Part shown: piece by piece, positions 17,977 to 28,188 of the stretch
Position numbering within the stretch: position 1 is the first letter of the stretch
Layout: each line of letters opens with the position of its first letter
Source: an uncultured delta proteobacterium
GTDB lineage: Bacteria; Myxococcota; UBA727; VGSZ01
Assembly (NCBI GenBank): GCA_963775425.1
Contig: CAVZJB010000008.1
Location: 1-64,000 of the forward strand
Direction: 5' to 3'
DNA: 64,000 nt
The notes under the pieces: model-generated
The model's database searches: none
The model's input: the letters and a program-made list of their open reading frames with translations, nothing else
What the model was told of the DNA's origin: nothing
Program-made: the position numbers and the translations under genes

Positions 17977-19503
17977 CGGCAGCCGGCTCGACAGGTAGGG
18001 CGAGCCGAAGCTGACCACCACCACCTTCGCCTTGGGCAGCGCCTGGCGCGCGCGCTCCACCACCAGCCGGTGGTCGAGGTTCTCCATGCCGATGACGATG
18101 ACGTCGGCGTCCTTGGCCATCTCCACGAGCCGCGCGGCGTCGGCGGCGGTGCGCTCGTGGGTGGGCGCGAGGGGCAGGTGCAGCGTGGCCGCGCCGAGAC
18201 GCTCGTGCAGCATCTCGGCGAACAAGGGCTCGGTGGACGCGACCACCACCTTCTCGTCCTTCTTGAGCGGCAGCGTGTCGTGGTCGTTCTTGACGACGGT
18301 GATGGCCTTCTGGGCGATCTCGTCGACGACGTGGCGGTCGGCGTGCGCGAGCGCGTCGAGGCCCTTCTTGACCTCGACGAGCTTGGCCGAGAACAGGCCG
18401 TGCCGCGCCTTCTCCGTGAGCACGCGCCGCACCGCCTGATTGAAGCGCCACTCGGGGATGCGTCCCGACAGCACCGCCTCCTTGAGCGCGTCGCGCACCT
18501 CGCGCTTCTTCTCCGGGAACCACAGCACCATGACGACGTCGGCGCCCGCGATGATGGCGCGCACCGCGGCCTCGCCCGAGCCGAAGCGCTGCACGATGCC
18601 CTGCATCTCGAGGCCGTCGGTGATGACGAGGCCGTCGTAGCCGAGCTCGTCGCGCAGCAGGCCGGTGAGCACGCGCGGGTTCACGGTGGCCGGCAGGTCC
18701 TTCTCGCCGTCGTCGCCGAGGGCCGGCAAGGCGATGTGCGCGGTCATGATGGCGTCGAGCCCCTCGGAGAAGGCGCGCGCGAACGGGTGAAGCTCCACCT
18801 CCTCGAGCCGCGCCTTGTCGTGGGGCAGGACGGGCAGGTGGTAGTGGCTGTCGCTATCGGTGTCGCCGTGGCCGGGGAAGTGTTTGGCCACGGGGATGAC
18901 GCCCTGGCTCTGCATGCCCTGGATGTACGCGATGCCGAGCTGACCGACCTCGCGCGGGCTCTCGCCGAACGAGCGGATCCCGATCACGGGGTTGTTCGGG
19001 TTGCTGTTGACGTCGAGCACCGGCGCGAGGTTCATGTTGAACCCGAGCAGGCGCAGGTCGCGCCCGAGCGCCTCGCCGGCGCGGCGGGCGAGCGAGGGGT
19101 CGCCGGTCGCGCCGAGCGCCATGGCGGAGGGGAGGATGGTGGCGTCGTGCTTGACGCGTACGACGTTGCCGCCCTCCTGATCGACGGCGACGAACATCGG
19201 CACGCCCGCCGGGTCGTGCGCGCGCACGTCGCGGATGAGCCTCATGGCCTGCTCGGGCGTGTCGATGTTCCGGGTGAAGAGCGCGACGCCGCCGGGCTTC
19301 ATGTCGTCGAGGAAGCGGGCGATGGTGCCGTCCATCTTGGTGCCGCCGAAGCCGAGCAGCATGAGCTGCCCGACCTTCTCGTCGAGCGTGAGGCTGTCGA
19401 GCACAGCGTCGACGTCGACTCCGCCGACGTCGTAGGCGCCGTGCGGCGGCTGCCCGGCGGGGGAGGCGGCGGCGAGGGCCAGCGCGACGACGAGCGAGTG
19501 CAC
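17836..19503 (-). CDS. nagZ: Beta-N-acetylhexosaminidase, GH3 (NagZ-like)
   Basis: AVDQEGG, APVLDVN, RSFG, KHFPGHGDTDSDSH catalytic motif, ITDGLEM. Confidence 0.9.
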   Translation of the reverse strand: MHSLVVALALAAASPAGQPPHGAYDVGGVDVDAVLDSLTLDEKVGQLMLLGFGGTKMDGTIARFLDDMKPGGVALFTRNIDTPEQAMRLIRDVRAHDPAGVPMFVAVDQEGGNVVRVKHDATILPSAMALGATGDPSLARRAGEALGRDLRLLGFNMNLAPVLDVNSNPNNPVIGIRSFGESPREVGQLGIAYIQGMQSQGVIPVAKHFPGHGDTDSDSHYHLPVLPHDKARLEEVELHPFARAFSEGLDAIMTAHIALPALGDDGEKDLPATVNPRVLTGLLRDELGYDGLVITDGLEMQGIVQRFGSGEAAVRAIIAGADVVMVLWFPEKKREVRDALKEAVLSGRIPEWRFNQAVRRVLTEKARHGLFSAKLVEVKKGLDALAHADRHVVDEIAQKAITVVKNDHDTLPLKKDEKVVVASTEPLFAEMLHERLGAATLHLPLAPTHERTAADAARLVEMAKDADVIVIGMENLDHRLVVERARQALPKAKVVVVSFGSPYLSSRLPSLDAYVCAFGWRNESERAAALAVSDGMRATGKLPVTLPSTAKSAER

Positions 19504-19560
19504 CCCGGCACTCTAACCAGGCACCCGATCAGCGTCGAGAAACGAACGGATTGTGGCTCG

Positions 19561-20508
19561 TCACGGCGCCGGCGGCGCGTCGCCGACGGCCGCGTTGGAA
19601 TTCCCGCCCAGATCGACGGGGCCCGCAAAGCCGTGCCGGCTCAGCCGAACGACGATGTCCTGGACGTCCTTGTCGGGCAGCCGCGGGTTGTCCACCATCA
19701 CCACGCTCCCGCCGACGCGCGCGAGGTCCGGCGCCGACACGGAGCGGAGCCGGCTGGCCCCGCGCACGACGACGTCGCCGCCGACGGCGGCGAGGTGCGG
19801 CAGCGACAGCGTCTCGAGCGCCGGCGCGTCCTCGATGCGCAGCGTGCCCCCGAGCGACTGCAACTGCGGCAGCTCCAGACGCAGCAGCGCCGCCGCCTTC
19901 ACGACGAGCCCGCCCGTGAGCGCGCGGCGCCCGCTCAAGCGCATGACGTCCTCGGGGCCGTGCACCGCGAGCTGGCCGACGAGCGTGGGCGCGCGCACGC
20001 CCTCGTCGGGCGGGCACTCCAGGGTGCGCCCGGTGATCTCGGTGGGGTCGAGCGCGCCGTCATCGTTGAGGTCGATGCCCTGGCGCACCACGCGGGCGCC
20101 GCGGCAGTCGGCGTCCGTGGCGGCGTCGCTCTCGATGAGCTCGCGCGGCCCCTCGTCGCCGCCGGCGCGAAACACCGCGCGCGTGCCGTCGGGGCAGGCC
20201 ACGCGAACGTGCTCGTCGTCGCGCACGAGATCGCACGAGCCCTCGCGAGGGTGCCACGCGGGCGGTGGGATGTCCGCTGGCGGCTTCGGCGGCGCGTCGT
20301 CGCTGTCGTCGTCGTCGTCGACGTCGTTGTTGTTGTTGTTGCTGTCGTCGCACAGCACGTCGACGCAGGCCTGCGCGGTGAGCTGCAGGACCGTGCCCGC
20401 GCACTCGCTCGCGACCTCCGCGCAACTGCCGGTGAGCGTGACGACGAGACAGAGCGCGAGCGAGCGGCGCACAGGGGGAGCGTACGTCGACGAACCGATG
20501 AAGCGCAC
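19561..20508 (-). CDS. Hypothetical lipoprotein with an L-domain/leucine-rich beta-solenoid
   Basis: Lipobox-like TGSC; GIDLNDDGALD Ca-binding-like loop; repeats LELPQLQSLGG, LSLPHLAAVGG, SAPDLARVGG. Confidence 0.65.
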   Translation of the reverse strand: MRFIGSSTYAPPVRRSLALCLVVTLTGSCAEVASECAGTVLQLTAQACVDVLCDDSNNNNNDVDDDDDSDDAPPKPPADIPPPAWHPREGSCDLVRDDEHVRVACPDGTRAVFRAGGDEGPRELIESDAATDADCRGARVVRQGIDLNDDGALDPTEITGRTLECPPDEGVRAPTLVGQLAVHGPEDVMRLSGRRALTGGLVVKAAALLRLELPQLQSLGGTLRIEDAPALETLSLPHLAAVGGDVVVRGASRLRSVSAPDLARVGGSVVMVDNPRLPDKDVQDIVVRLSRHGFAGPVDLGGNSNAAVGDAPPAP

Positions 20509-20564
20509 AACCCGTGTGATCCGAGCCGCGTTGACGCAAGGCGCAGTCGTGGCAGATCCCCCCG

Positions 20565-21524
20565 ATGCGCGCCGCCGCCCTCCCCGCCGTCCTCGTGAGC
20601 CTGCTCGCCGCGGCCGGCCCGGCGCGCGCCCAGGCCGATGCGGGCCACTGCGAAGCGCCCGACGGCGGCACGGTGACGCTCGACGGCGACTGCGAGACCG
20701 CCGACGGCGGGTCGCAGGCGGTGTTCTGCTCGGACAGCGACCCGACGCAGGGGACCATCGCGCGCCTGCCGTGCAGCGACTTCCCCCTCGACGACGGCAG
20801 CGTCCTGCACGGACAGTGCAACATCCTCGACGGCATCGGGGCCTGGTGCACCTTCCCGGAGCACGACGCCTGCGCCCTCGGTGACGGCAACGGCGGCACC
20901 GTCGTCTTCGGCTGCGGGGTGCCCGAGGACGACGCCACGTTCGTGTGCGACGAGATCAGCGGCTGCAGCAACGCCCAGCAGGGCGGGCTGTTCGGCGCCT
21001 CGTGCCTGAGCCCGTTCCCCAAGTGCCTGGGCAACTTCCTGCGCATCGATTGCACGTCGTGGGGCCAGGCGGTCACGCTGGACTGCGCCGCCGAAAACGG
21101 CGTCTGCGACAACACCAACACCGTCTGCGTCGACGGCGTTGGCGGCGAGTGCGACGACTTCTTGCTCACGTGCGCCACCGGCCTCGAGTGCCGGAGCAAC
21201 CGCTGCGTCGATCCCAACGCGCCCGGCGAGGGCGAGGGCGAGGGCGAAGGCGAAGGCGAGGGAGAAGGCGAAGGAGAGGGAGAAGGAGAGGGCGAAGGCG
21301 AAGGCGAAGGCGAAGGCGAAGGAGAGGGCGAAGGCGAAGGAGAGGGCGAGGGCGACCCGAGCGATCCCGACCCCGGCGTCACGCTCGGGCCGGGCGGTGA
21401 GGGCGAGGGCGACGTCGCCGCCGAGCCCCTCGACTCCGGCTGCGCCTGCGGCACCTCGTCGCCGACGGGGACCCTGCTGTTCGCCGCGTGCCTGGCGCTG
21501 GCCTTCGTCCGCCGGCGCCGCTGA
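20565..21524 (+). CDS. Cys-rich secreted protein with a (GE)n linker and MYXO-CTERM sorting signal
   Basis: Signal peptide; C-terminal SGCACGTSS, hydrophobic helix and RRRR. Confidence 0.85.
   Translation: MRAAALPAVLVSLLAAAGPARAQADAGHCEAPDGGTVTLDGDCETADGGSQAVFCSDSDPTQGTIARLPCSDFPLDDGSVLHGQCNILDGIGAWCTFPEHDACALGDGNGGTVVFGCGVPEDDATFVCDEISGCSNAQQGGLFGASCLSPFPKCLGNFLRIDCTSWGQAVTLDCAAENGVCDNTNTVCVDGVGGECDDFLLTCATGLECRSNRCVDPNAPGEGEGEGEGEGEGEGEGEGEGEGEGEGEGEGEGEGEGEGEGEGDPSDPDPGVTLGPGGEGEGDVAAEPLDSGCACGTSSPTGTLLFAACLALAFVRRRR
21225..21353 (+). repeat. Hexanucleotide repeat GGCGAR/GGAGAR encoding about 21 Gly-Glu dipeptides
   Basis: Visible ggcgag/ggcgaa/ggagag tandem run. Confidence 0.95.
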
Positions 21525-21693
21525 CGCGACAGCGCTGACCCACATCGTGGCCGCCAGGATTCAGTGGCCGCCAGGACTCGTGCCGCCAAAAATGACGTCA
21601 TCACATTACATGACTATGCAATGTTGATAGAGAGTAAACATAGAATACGAAGCGCGTGAGCTCCATGCCGGCGCTGCACAGCCGTGCGGCACG

Positions 21694-22122
21694 TCAGAGG
21701 GTGGGGGGCTTGTCGGCGAGCCAGCCGTCGTCGGTGCGGACCCAATGCTCTTGCACCGCGCTGGTCTTCACGGTCATCGTGGCGCGGTCGACCCAGGTGA
21801 CGTTGACGACGACGTCGGCGGTGTCGCCGTCCTTGCTCATCACGACTCCCGCGATGTCCATGTCCGTCACCTCGAGCGACTGCATGCGCTCCGCCCACGT
21901 CGAGAGGAACGCGCCGCGCATCTCGGGCTTCACCGAGAGGGCGGCGTTTTCGAGCCGGCCCCAGCGCAGGTTGTTGTGGTGGTGGAACAGCGACACGTCG
22001 AGGTCGTCGCGCGTGTACACCCCCTTGCCGCACCCGCCGCCGACGAAGAGCGCGAGCGAGAGCGCGGCGTAGAGCGCTGTGGAGAGCGCGAGCGCAGAGC
22101 TGCGAGAGCGACGCACGTTCAT
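21694..22122 (-). CDS. Hypothetical lipoprotein (possible NTF2-like fold) downstream of envC
   Basis: Signal peptide with GGGC lipobox; high GC3 codon pattern; C-terminal EHWVRTDDGWL. Confidence 0.7.
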   Translation of the reverse strand: MNVRRSRSSALALSTALYAALSLALFVGGGCGKGVYTRDDLDVSLFHHHNNLRWGRLENAALSVKPEMRGAFLSTWAERMQSLEVTDMDIAGVVMSKDGDTADVVVNVTWVDRATMTVKTSAVQEHWVRTDDGWLADKPPTL

Positions 22123-22126
22123 GGTG

Positions 22127-23257
22127 TCACCTCAGGAAGGGCGCGGGGTCGCGCGGGCGCCCGTTTTCGCGGAGCTCGAAGTAGAGCTTGGGGCCGTTGA
22201 AGCTCTCGGTGTCGCCGACGAAGCCGATGGTCTGCCCGCGCTTCACCGTGTCGCCGCCGCTCACCGCCACCTTGGACAGGTGCGCCGAGATGGTGTGGTG
22301 CCCCTCTCCGTGATCGATGATCACGACGCGGCCGAAGCCGCGCATCCAGCCGACGTACGCGACGCGCCCGTCGGCGACGGTGGACACCGGCGTGCCGGCG
22401 GCGGCGCGGATCTCGAGGCCGTTGCACACGACCTCGGCGCCGGAGTCCTTGTCGACGACAATCCCGAAGCGGCGGATCACCCTTCCCTCCACCGGCCGGG
22501 GCAGCTTGCCGCTCGCGAGGATGCCCCGGCGCGCCGCGCGCTTGATGTGGCGCCGGTGCGCCTGCTCGACGAGCTTCTCCACGAGCATCGCCATGTGTTG
22601 CTCGGTGTCCTCGAGCTCCTTGACGTGCCGCTTGGCCAACGAGCGCTCCGACGTGATGCGCCCGATGGTCTCTTCGCGCAGCGTCCGCGTCTCTTCAATC
22701 AGCGCGCGCTGGTCCGCGATCTCCTTGGCCGTGAACGCCGCCTCTTCGGTGGCCTCGCGCAGCCGCTCGCGGTGGTCGCGCACCGCCTTCTCCGTGCGCG
22801 CGACGTCGTCGACGAGCCTGGCGTCGTTCTGCGTGAGCACCTGCAGGAAACGGCGCCGCAGCGCGAGCTCCTCGAAGCCCTCCGCGCCGAGCAGCGCCCG
22901 TGCGGTGCCGCCCTCGCCGCCGACGTAGAGCGCGCGCATCCTGTCCTGCAGGCGCGCCCGGGCTTCGCCGAGGGACTTCTCGTCGATGCCAGCGCGCTCC
23001 TCGAGGGTCACCAGCTCTGCGCGCAGGGCCTCGAGCTTCTTGTCGGCGGCTTCGGCGTCGTCGTTGAGCTGGGCGAGCGACTCGTCGAGCTGGCCGATAC
23101 TGTCCGTGATGGAGCGCTGCTCGTTGTCGAGGTCGTTGATGGCCGAGCGCCGCTCGTCGAGCTCCGCGCGCACCGACTTCAGCTTCTCCTTCTCCTCGTC
23201 GGCCGAAGGGCCCGGGGCACCGGCCAGCGCGAGCGCGACGACGAGGGCGAGGCTCAT
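22127..23257 (-). CDS. envC: Murein hydrolase activator EnvC (coiled coil plus degenerate M23 domain)
   Basis: ATG at 23257 overlaps the ftsX stop; long coiled coil; NGLEIRA...GFGRVVIIDHG...LYFELR. Confidence 0.88.
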   Translation of the reverse strand: MSLALVVALALAGAPGPSADEEKEKLKSVRAELDERRSAINDLDNEQRSITDSIGQLDESLAQLNDDAEAADKKLEALRAELVTLEERAGIDEKSLGEARARLQDRMRALYVGGEGGTARALLGAEGFEELALRRRFLQVLTQNDARLVDDVARTEKAVRDHRERLREATEEAAFTAKEIADQRALIEETRTLREETIGRITSERSLAKRHVKELEDTEQHMAMLVEKLVEQAHRRHIKRAARRGILASGKLPRPVEGRVIRRFGIVVDKDSGAEVVCNGLEIRAAAGTPVSTVADGRVAYVGWMRGFGRVVIIDHGEGHHTISAHLSKVAVSGGDTVKRGQTIGFVGDTESFNGPKLYFELRENGRPRDPAPFLR

Positions 23258-24156
23258 ACGCGGAGAAACTTCCCGACCGAGAGGGTCGCGCCGAACAGCC
23301 CGAGCAGAGCGCCGCCGCACAACAGGAGCAGCCACAGGTGCAGCGGCATGGGCTCGAGCACGAACGCGCCGAGCGCCCCCGACAGCGCCACCTTCACGAC
23401 GCCGGCGAGCGACGCGTGCGCGAGCGCGAGCGCCCCCAGGCCGCCGAGCGAGCCGAGCACCCCCTGCGCGAGCCCGGACAGCAGGAACGGGACGCGCACG
23501 AAGGCGTCGGTGGCGCCCACGAGCTTCATGATGGCGATCTCGTCCCTGCGTTGAAACACGGTGATCTTCGTGGCGTTGGACACGACGATGACGACGACCA
23601 GCGCGATGAGGAGCCCGAGGAACGCGCCGGCGCCGTGCAGCAAGCGCATGAGCGCGTCGATGCGCTTGACCTCGCCGCCGGGATGCATGACCTCGTCGAC
23701 GCCGGGCATCTTCTGGATCAAGGCGATGAGCGCGTCGCGGTCGCCGGGGCCGCCGGCGATGTCGAAGCGCGGCGTGACCTCGACGACCCAAGGCATCTTC
23801 AGGCCCGCGGAGCCCTCGAGCGCCTTGCCGGCGTCGCCGAGCCCGCGGCGGGCGCGGGCGAGCGCCTCCTCGGGCGTCACCAGCCGGGCGTCGGACACGC
23901 GCGGGTCGAGGGCGAGCTTCGCGCGGATCTCCTCCGCGTCTCCGGCGCTGTCGACGTCGAGGAAGGCGACGGCCGCCACGCTCTGGCCGACGCTCGAAGC
24001 CACGCGCTCGAAGTTCACGAGCAGCGTGGCGTAGGCGCCGATGGAGAACGCGCCGAGGCCCGTCATCAGCGTGGCGAAGAAGAAGGGCAGGCCGCCCTGG
24101 CGAATGCTGCGCGCGCCGTGGCGCAGCACCGACGACGAGAACGCCGCCGCGCTCAC
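23254..24156 (-). CDS. ftsX: Cell division permease FtsX
   Basis: 4 TM helices; [32 protein letters not shown]; lies between ftsE and envC. Confidence 0.92.
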   Translation of the reverse strand: MSAAAFSSSVLRHGARSIRQGGLPFFFATLMTGLGAFSIGAYATLLVNFERVASSVGQSVAAVAFLDVDSAGDAEEIRAKLALDPRVSDARLVTPEEALARARRGLGDAGKALEGSAGLKMPWVVEVTPRFDIAGGPGDRDALIALIQKMPGVDEVMHPGGEVKRIDALMRLLHGAGAFLGLLIALVVVIVVSNATKITVFQRRDEIAIMKLVGATDAFVRVPFLLSGLAQGVLGSLGGLGALALAHASLAGVVKVALSGALGAFVLEPMPLHLWLLLLCGGALLGLFGATLSVGKFLRV

Positions 24157-24860
24157 GCGACCCTCTGAAAGCGCGGGTCGCGTGCGTCGCCGAACGCGGG
24201 GACGTCACTTTTCACCTTGCCGTCCTCGAGGCGGACCAGGCGGCAGCGGCCGGTGGCGAGGAGCTGCGGGTCGTGGGTGGCGACGACGACGGTGGTGCCG
24301 CGGACGTGGGCGGTCATCAGGAGCTCGAGGATGTCGCGGGCGCGCTCGGGGTCGAGGTTGCCGGTGGGCTCGTCGCACAGCAGGACGGCGGGCTCGGGGA
24401 CGAGGGCGCGCGCGATGGCCACGCGCTGTTGCTCACCGCCCGAGAGGTTCTTCGCCTGCTGGTGCAGCTTGTGGCGCAGGCCGACCTGCTCGAGCACGGC
24501 CACCGTTCGCAGGCGCACCTCCTCCACGGGCCGCGCCTGCACCTCGAGCGCGAGCGCGATGTTGTCGAAGACCGTGGCGTCGGGGAGCAGCTTGAAGTCC
24601 TGGAAGACGACCCCGGTGTTCCGTCGCACGCGCGGGATCTGCCGCGCCTTGAGGCGCGCGAGGTTCTTGCCGTTCAAGATCACCTGGCCCGACGAGGCCG
24701 TCTCCGCACAGAACAACAGGCGCAGGAGCGTGCTCTTGCCGGCGCCCGAAGGGCCGGCGAGGAAGCACAGCTCGCCCTTGTGGATCTCGAGGTTGACGTC
24801 GTCGAGGGCGGGCCGCTCGGTGCCCTCATAGCGCTTGGTCACGTGGAACAGCTCGATCAC
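24153..24860 (-). CDS. ftsE: Cell division ATP-binding protein FtsE
   Basis: [53 protein letters not shown]; start placed at GTG 24860. Confidence 0.93.
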   Translation of the reverse strand: MIELFHVTKRYEGTERPALDDVNLEIHKGELCFLAGPSGAGKSTLLRLLFCAETASSGQVILNGKNLARLKARQIPRVRRNTGVVFQDFKLLPDATVFDNIALALEVQARPVEEVRLRTVAVLEQVGLRHKLHQQAKNLSGGEQQRVAIARALVPEPAVLLCDEPTGNLDPERARDILELLMTAHVRGTTVVVATHDPQLLATGRCRLVRLEDGKVKSDVPAFGDARDPRFQRVA

Positions 24861-24930
24861 CGGCGCACACTCCTCGCGGAGCCGAGGGTATCCACCTGGA
24901 GCCAACCGGCGCCAATTTCCTGCTCGAGCC

Positions 24931-26274
24931 TCAGCGGAACAACAGCACCGCGACGACGGCGACGACGACGATCGCCAGGGCGCCCCCGGCGACGGCGAAC
25001 GCGAGGGCGCGCCGCTTGTGGCGCGCCGCGGCGGCGCGGCGCAGCCCCGCGCGCTCGTCGGCGACGCTGGTGGCGACGCGGCGCGGCGCCGGCGCCGCCG
25101 CCAGCGACGGCGGCGACACCGCCATCTTGGGCGCGATGTCGACGGACGGCAAAAGCACCGTGTCGCGCGGCTCCCCGGCGTCGTTGAACGCCGGCAGCGC
25201 CGCCGCCCTGACGGCGAGCGCGGCCGCGACGGCTGCGGCCTCCTCGGCGGCGATGGTCTCGTCGGCGAGGGCGGCGTCGCCGGCGGGGGGCGCGGCCGCG
25301 GACCGTGCGGCCGCTTCGGCGCGCCACGTCCGCACGCGCGAAAGCTCCGGCTGGGCGAGCGACTCCACCAGCGCGGCGAGCGTCCGTTGTGCCGCCGGGG
25401 CGCCGCCGCGCTTCTTCAACAGCGGCGCGAGGGCGTCGCGGCGCTCGCCGGCGTCGGCGGCGCGCTGCGCCGGGTCGCGGGCGAGGAGCGGCGTGAGCCA
25501 CGCGGCGACGTCGGGGTCGAGCGTCGACAGCTTGGCGGGCGTGTAGTCGACGCGGGCCACGTGCGACCAGATGTCACGCGGCGCGAGGTCGCCCCAGTAG
25601 GGCTCGAGGGCGAGCAGCTCGTAGAACACGACGCCCGCCGAGAAGAGGTCGGCGCGCGCGTCGACCTTCTCCGCGCGCGCTTGTTCGGGCGACATATAGC
25701 CGAGCTTCCCCATGACGATGTCCTGCGCCGTCTTGGCCCGCTTCAACGAGGACAGCGCCAGGCCGAAGTCGATGACGCGCGCGATGCCGCGCGCGTTGCA
25801 CATGATGTTTTGGGGGGAGATGTCCCGATGCACGATGCCGAGTGGCGCGCCGCTCACAGGGTGCTGCGCGCCGTGCGCGAACGCCAGCGCGTCGAGGGCG
25901 CAGGCCGCGATCCACAGGGCCGTGGCGACGTCGAGCGGCCTCTTGGCCTCGGCGCAGCGCGCGAGGAGCGTCAGCAGGTCGACGCCTTCGACCAGCTCGA
26001 TGGCCATGTAGCGCACGCCGCCCACGCGGCCTGCGTCGAGGACGCGGCTGATGCCGGGGTGCGCGAGCAACAGCGCGATGCGGGTCTCGTCGCCGAAGCG
26101 CTTGACGGCCTCGGCGTCGTCGGCGACGTCGGCGCGCATGGTCTTGAGCACGCACACATCCGGGGCGCCCGGGATGGCCGCGCCCGGCCGCGCGAGCCAC
26201 ACCTCACCCATCCCGCCGCGCCCGAGGGGCTCGAGGAGGACGAACGGGCCGAAGGGCCCCGGCGAGAGAGCCAT
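24931..26274 (-). CDS. Ser/Thr protein kinase with a C-terminal TM helix
   Basis: [27 protein letters not shown]. Confidence 0.9.
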   Translation of the reverse strand: MALSPGPFGPFVLLEPLGRGGMGEVWLARPGAAIPGAPDVCVLKTMRADVADDAEAVKRFGDETRIALLLAHPGISRVLDAGRVGGVRYMAIELVEGVDLLTLLARCAEAKRPLDVATALWIAACALDALAFAHGAQHPVSGAPLGIVHRDISPQNIMCNARGIARVIDFGLALSSLKRAKTAQDIVMGKLGYMSPEQARAEKVDARADLFSAGVVFYELLALEPYWGDLAPRDIWSHVARVDYTPAKLSTLDPDVAAWLTPLLARDPAQRAADAGERRDALAPLLKKRGGAPAAQRTLAALVESLAQPELSRVRTWRAEAAARSAAAPPAGDAALADETIAAEEAAAVAAALAVRAAALPAFNDAGEPRDTVLLPSVDIAPKMAVSPPSLAAAPAPRRVATSVADERAGLRRAAAARHKRRALAFAVAGGALAIVVVAVVAVLLFR

Positions 26275-26323
26275 CCCTCAACATTACCTTGAGGACGAGG
26301 GCGGCCGGCACTACGTTGACGAG

Positions 26324-27454
26324 ATGGTCGACAAGGCGAAGCGGAAATCGCCCGCGAAGAGGCCGTTGCCTCCGCGCGTGGTGGAGCCCATCGTCGAGGA
26401 GCTCACCGAGGACCTCGGCGCGCCGCCCGCCGACGACGAAGAGGACGACGACGAGCAGGACGACGAAGACGTCGTCGACGTCGGCGCCGCCGGCCTCGTG
26501 CGGCGCGCGGGCATCGCGCTCCCCGAGGGCGAGTGGGTCCGCGACGAGGGCCCGCCGATCGTCGACGACGACAACGTCCCCGTCTCCCGCGGCGACGACC
26601 TCTACAACGCGTTCGTCCGCGAGGCCACCAAGCTGCAGCGCCTGTCGGACGACGAGGAGCGGGCGCTGGGCCTGCGCGTCCGCGACCACGGTGACGATCG
26701 TGCCGCCAAGAAGCTCGTCCTGCACAACCTCCGCCTCGCCATCAAGATGGCGCACCAGTACCGCCGCGCGTGGACCAACTTGATGGACCTCGTGCAGGAG
26801 GCGTCGGCGGGCATGGCCATCGCCGCGCAGCGCTGGGACCCCGACCAGGGAACGCGCTTCGGCACCTACGCCGTGTATTGGATCCGCGCGCAGCTCACCA
26901 AGTTCCTGATGACCCACGGGCGCGCCATCCACACCGGCAACACGCGCGCCGGACGCAAGCTCTACTTCCAGCTCCCGCGCGTGCGCCGGAAGCTGCTCGC
27001 AGAGGGCAAGGAGCCCACGGTCGAAAATATTGCCAAGGAGGTGCAGGAGGATCCCATCGAGGTGGCGCGCATCGTGTCGCGCCTCGACGGGCGCGAAGCG
27101 TCACTGGATGCGCAGGTCGGGCAGGAGGACGACGGCGGCACGCTCGGCGACATGATCGCCGACGATGAGAGCGGCCCCGAGCAGAACGCCGCCCGCATGG
27201 AGGTGCAGCAGATGCTCGAGGGCGTGATGAAGCGCTTCGTCGAGCAGCTCGACAACGAGCGCGACCGTGCCATCTGGACCGAGCACCTCGTCTCCGCCGA
27301 GCCCAAGAGCCTGGTGGAGCTGGGCGCGCGCTTCGGCGTCTCCAAGCAGCGCATGGGCCAGCTCGCCACGCGCCTCAAGCGCGCGTTCCGCCGCCACGTC
27401 ATCGACGAGCTCGGGCCCACCACCCAGTTGCACTGGCTGTTCAACAACGAATGA
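26324..27454 (+). CDS. RNA polymerase sigma factor, sigma70 family (RpoH/sigma32-like)
   Basis: Region 2 LVLHNLRL..MDLVQEA..RFGTYAVYWIRAQ, RpoH-like RKLYFQL, region 4 SLVELGARFGVSKQRMGQL; start placed at ATG 26324. Confidence 0.88.
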   Translation: MVDKAKRKSPAKRPLPPRVVEPIVEELTEDLGAPPADDEEDDDEQDDEDVVDVGAAGLVRRAGIALPEGEWVRDEGPPIVDDDNVPVSRGDDLYNAFVREATKLQRLSDDEERALGLRVRDHGDDRAAKKLVLHNLRLAIKMAHQYRRAWTNLMDLVQEASAGMAIAAQRWDPDQGTRFGTYAVYWIRAQLTKFLMTHGRAIHTGNTRAGRKLYFQLPRVRRKLLAEGKEPTVENIAKEVQEDPIEVARIVSRLDGREASLDAQVGQEDDGGTLGDMIADDESGPEQNAARMEVQQMLEGVMKRFVEQLDNERDRAIWTEHLVSAEPKSLVELGARFGVSKQRMGQLATRLKRAFRRHVIDELGPTTQLHWLFNNE

Positions 27455-28188
27455 TCCTCGAGATGCTCGCGCCGGTCCTCGCCGTCCTGATCGCACAGCA
27501 GGCGCCGGAGCCGCCGCTTCAGCGGTGCCGTTCGGAGTCGCAGGCGCTCAACACCGCCAAGGCCATCGCCACCTGCCAGGCGGCGGCCAACGAGAGCGAC
27601 CTCGACCAGGCCTCGCGCGTCGACGCGCTGCGCCTGCTCGGCATCGCGCTCATCGTCGAGGGGGAGCAGGAGCTCGCCGTCGACGCGTTCAAGAAGATGC
27701 TCGCGCTCGACCCGAACGTCGTCCTCGGCGCCGACGCCGGACCGCCCGTGCAGCACGCCCTCGAGCGTGCGCGCCAGGCGCTCGAGGCGGAGCGCGCAGA
27801 GGCCGCCGCCAAGGCGACGCCGGAGCCCCCGCCGCCGCCCGCGAGCGCGCCTGGGGTGAGCGGCACCACCGTGGCGGGCTGGTCGCTGGCGGGCGCCGGC
27901 GGCGCGGTGGCGCTGGTGTCGTCGGTGTTGGCCGCGGGCGCGGTGTACGACCGCTTCTTCAACCGCGTGCCGTGCCCCGGCAACGAGGCCGCGAGCTGCG
28001 TCCCGAACACGCCGCTGCTGTTCGGCATCTACGCGAGCGGTGCGGGCCGCCCGAAGTTCGTCTCCGACTCCGGCGCGTGGATCGGCGTCAGCACCGCCAC
28101 CGCGGGGCTCGGCGCGCTGGCGGTCGGCGCCGGCGTCTTCCTCCTGATGCGTGACGACGAGCCGCCCCCCGGCGCTCAGGCGCCGTGA
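27451..28188 (+). CDS. TPR-containing secreted/membrane protein
   Basis: ALRLLGIAL..AVDAFKKMLALDP TPR; two C-terminal TM segments; coupled to the sigma gene. Confidence 0.7.
   Translation: MILEMLAPVLAVLIAQQAPEPPLQRCRSESQALNTAKAIATCQAAANESDLDQASRVDALRLLGIALIVEGEQELAVDAFKKMLALDPNVVLGADAGPPVQHALERARQALEAERAEAAAKATPEPPPPPASAPGVSGTTVAGWSLAGAGGAVALVSSVLAAGAVYDRFFNRVPCPGNEAASCVPNTPLLFGIYASGAGRPKFVSDSGAWIGVSTATAGLGALAVGAGVFLLMRDDEPPPGAQAP

Noticed and set aside
21633-21660. Chromosomal dif site
   Set aside because: Only the XerD-like arm (CTATGTTTACT) partly fits; the XerC arm does not
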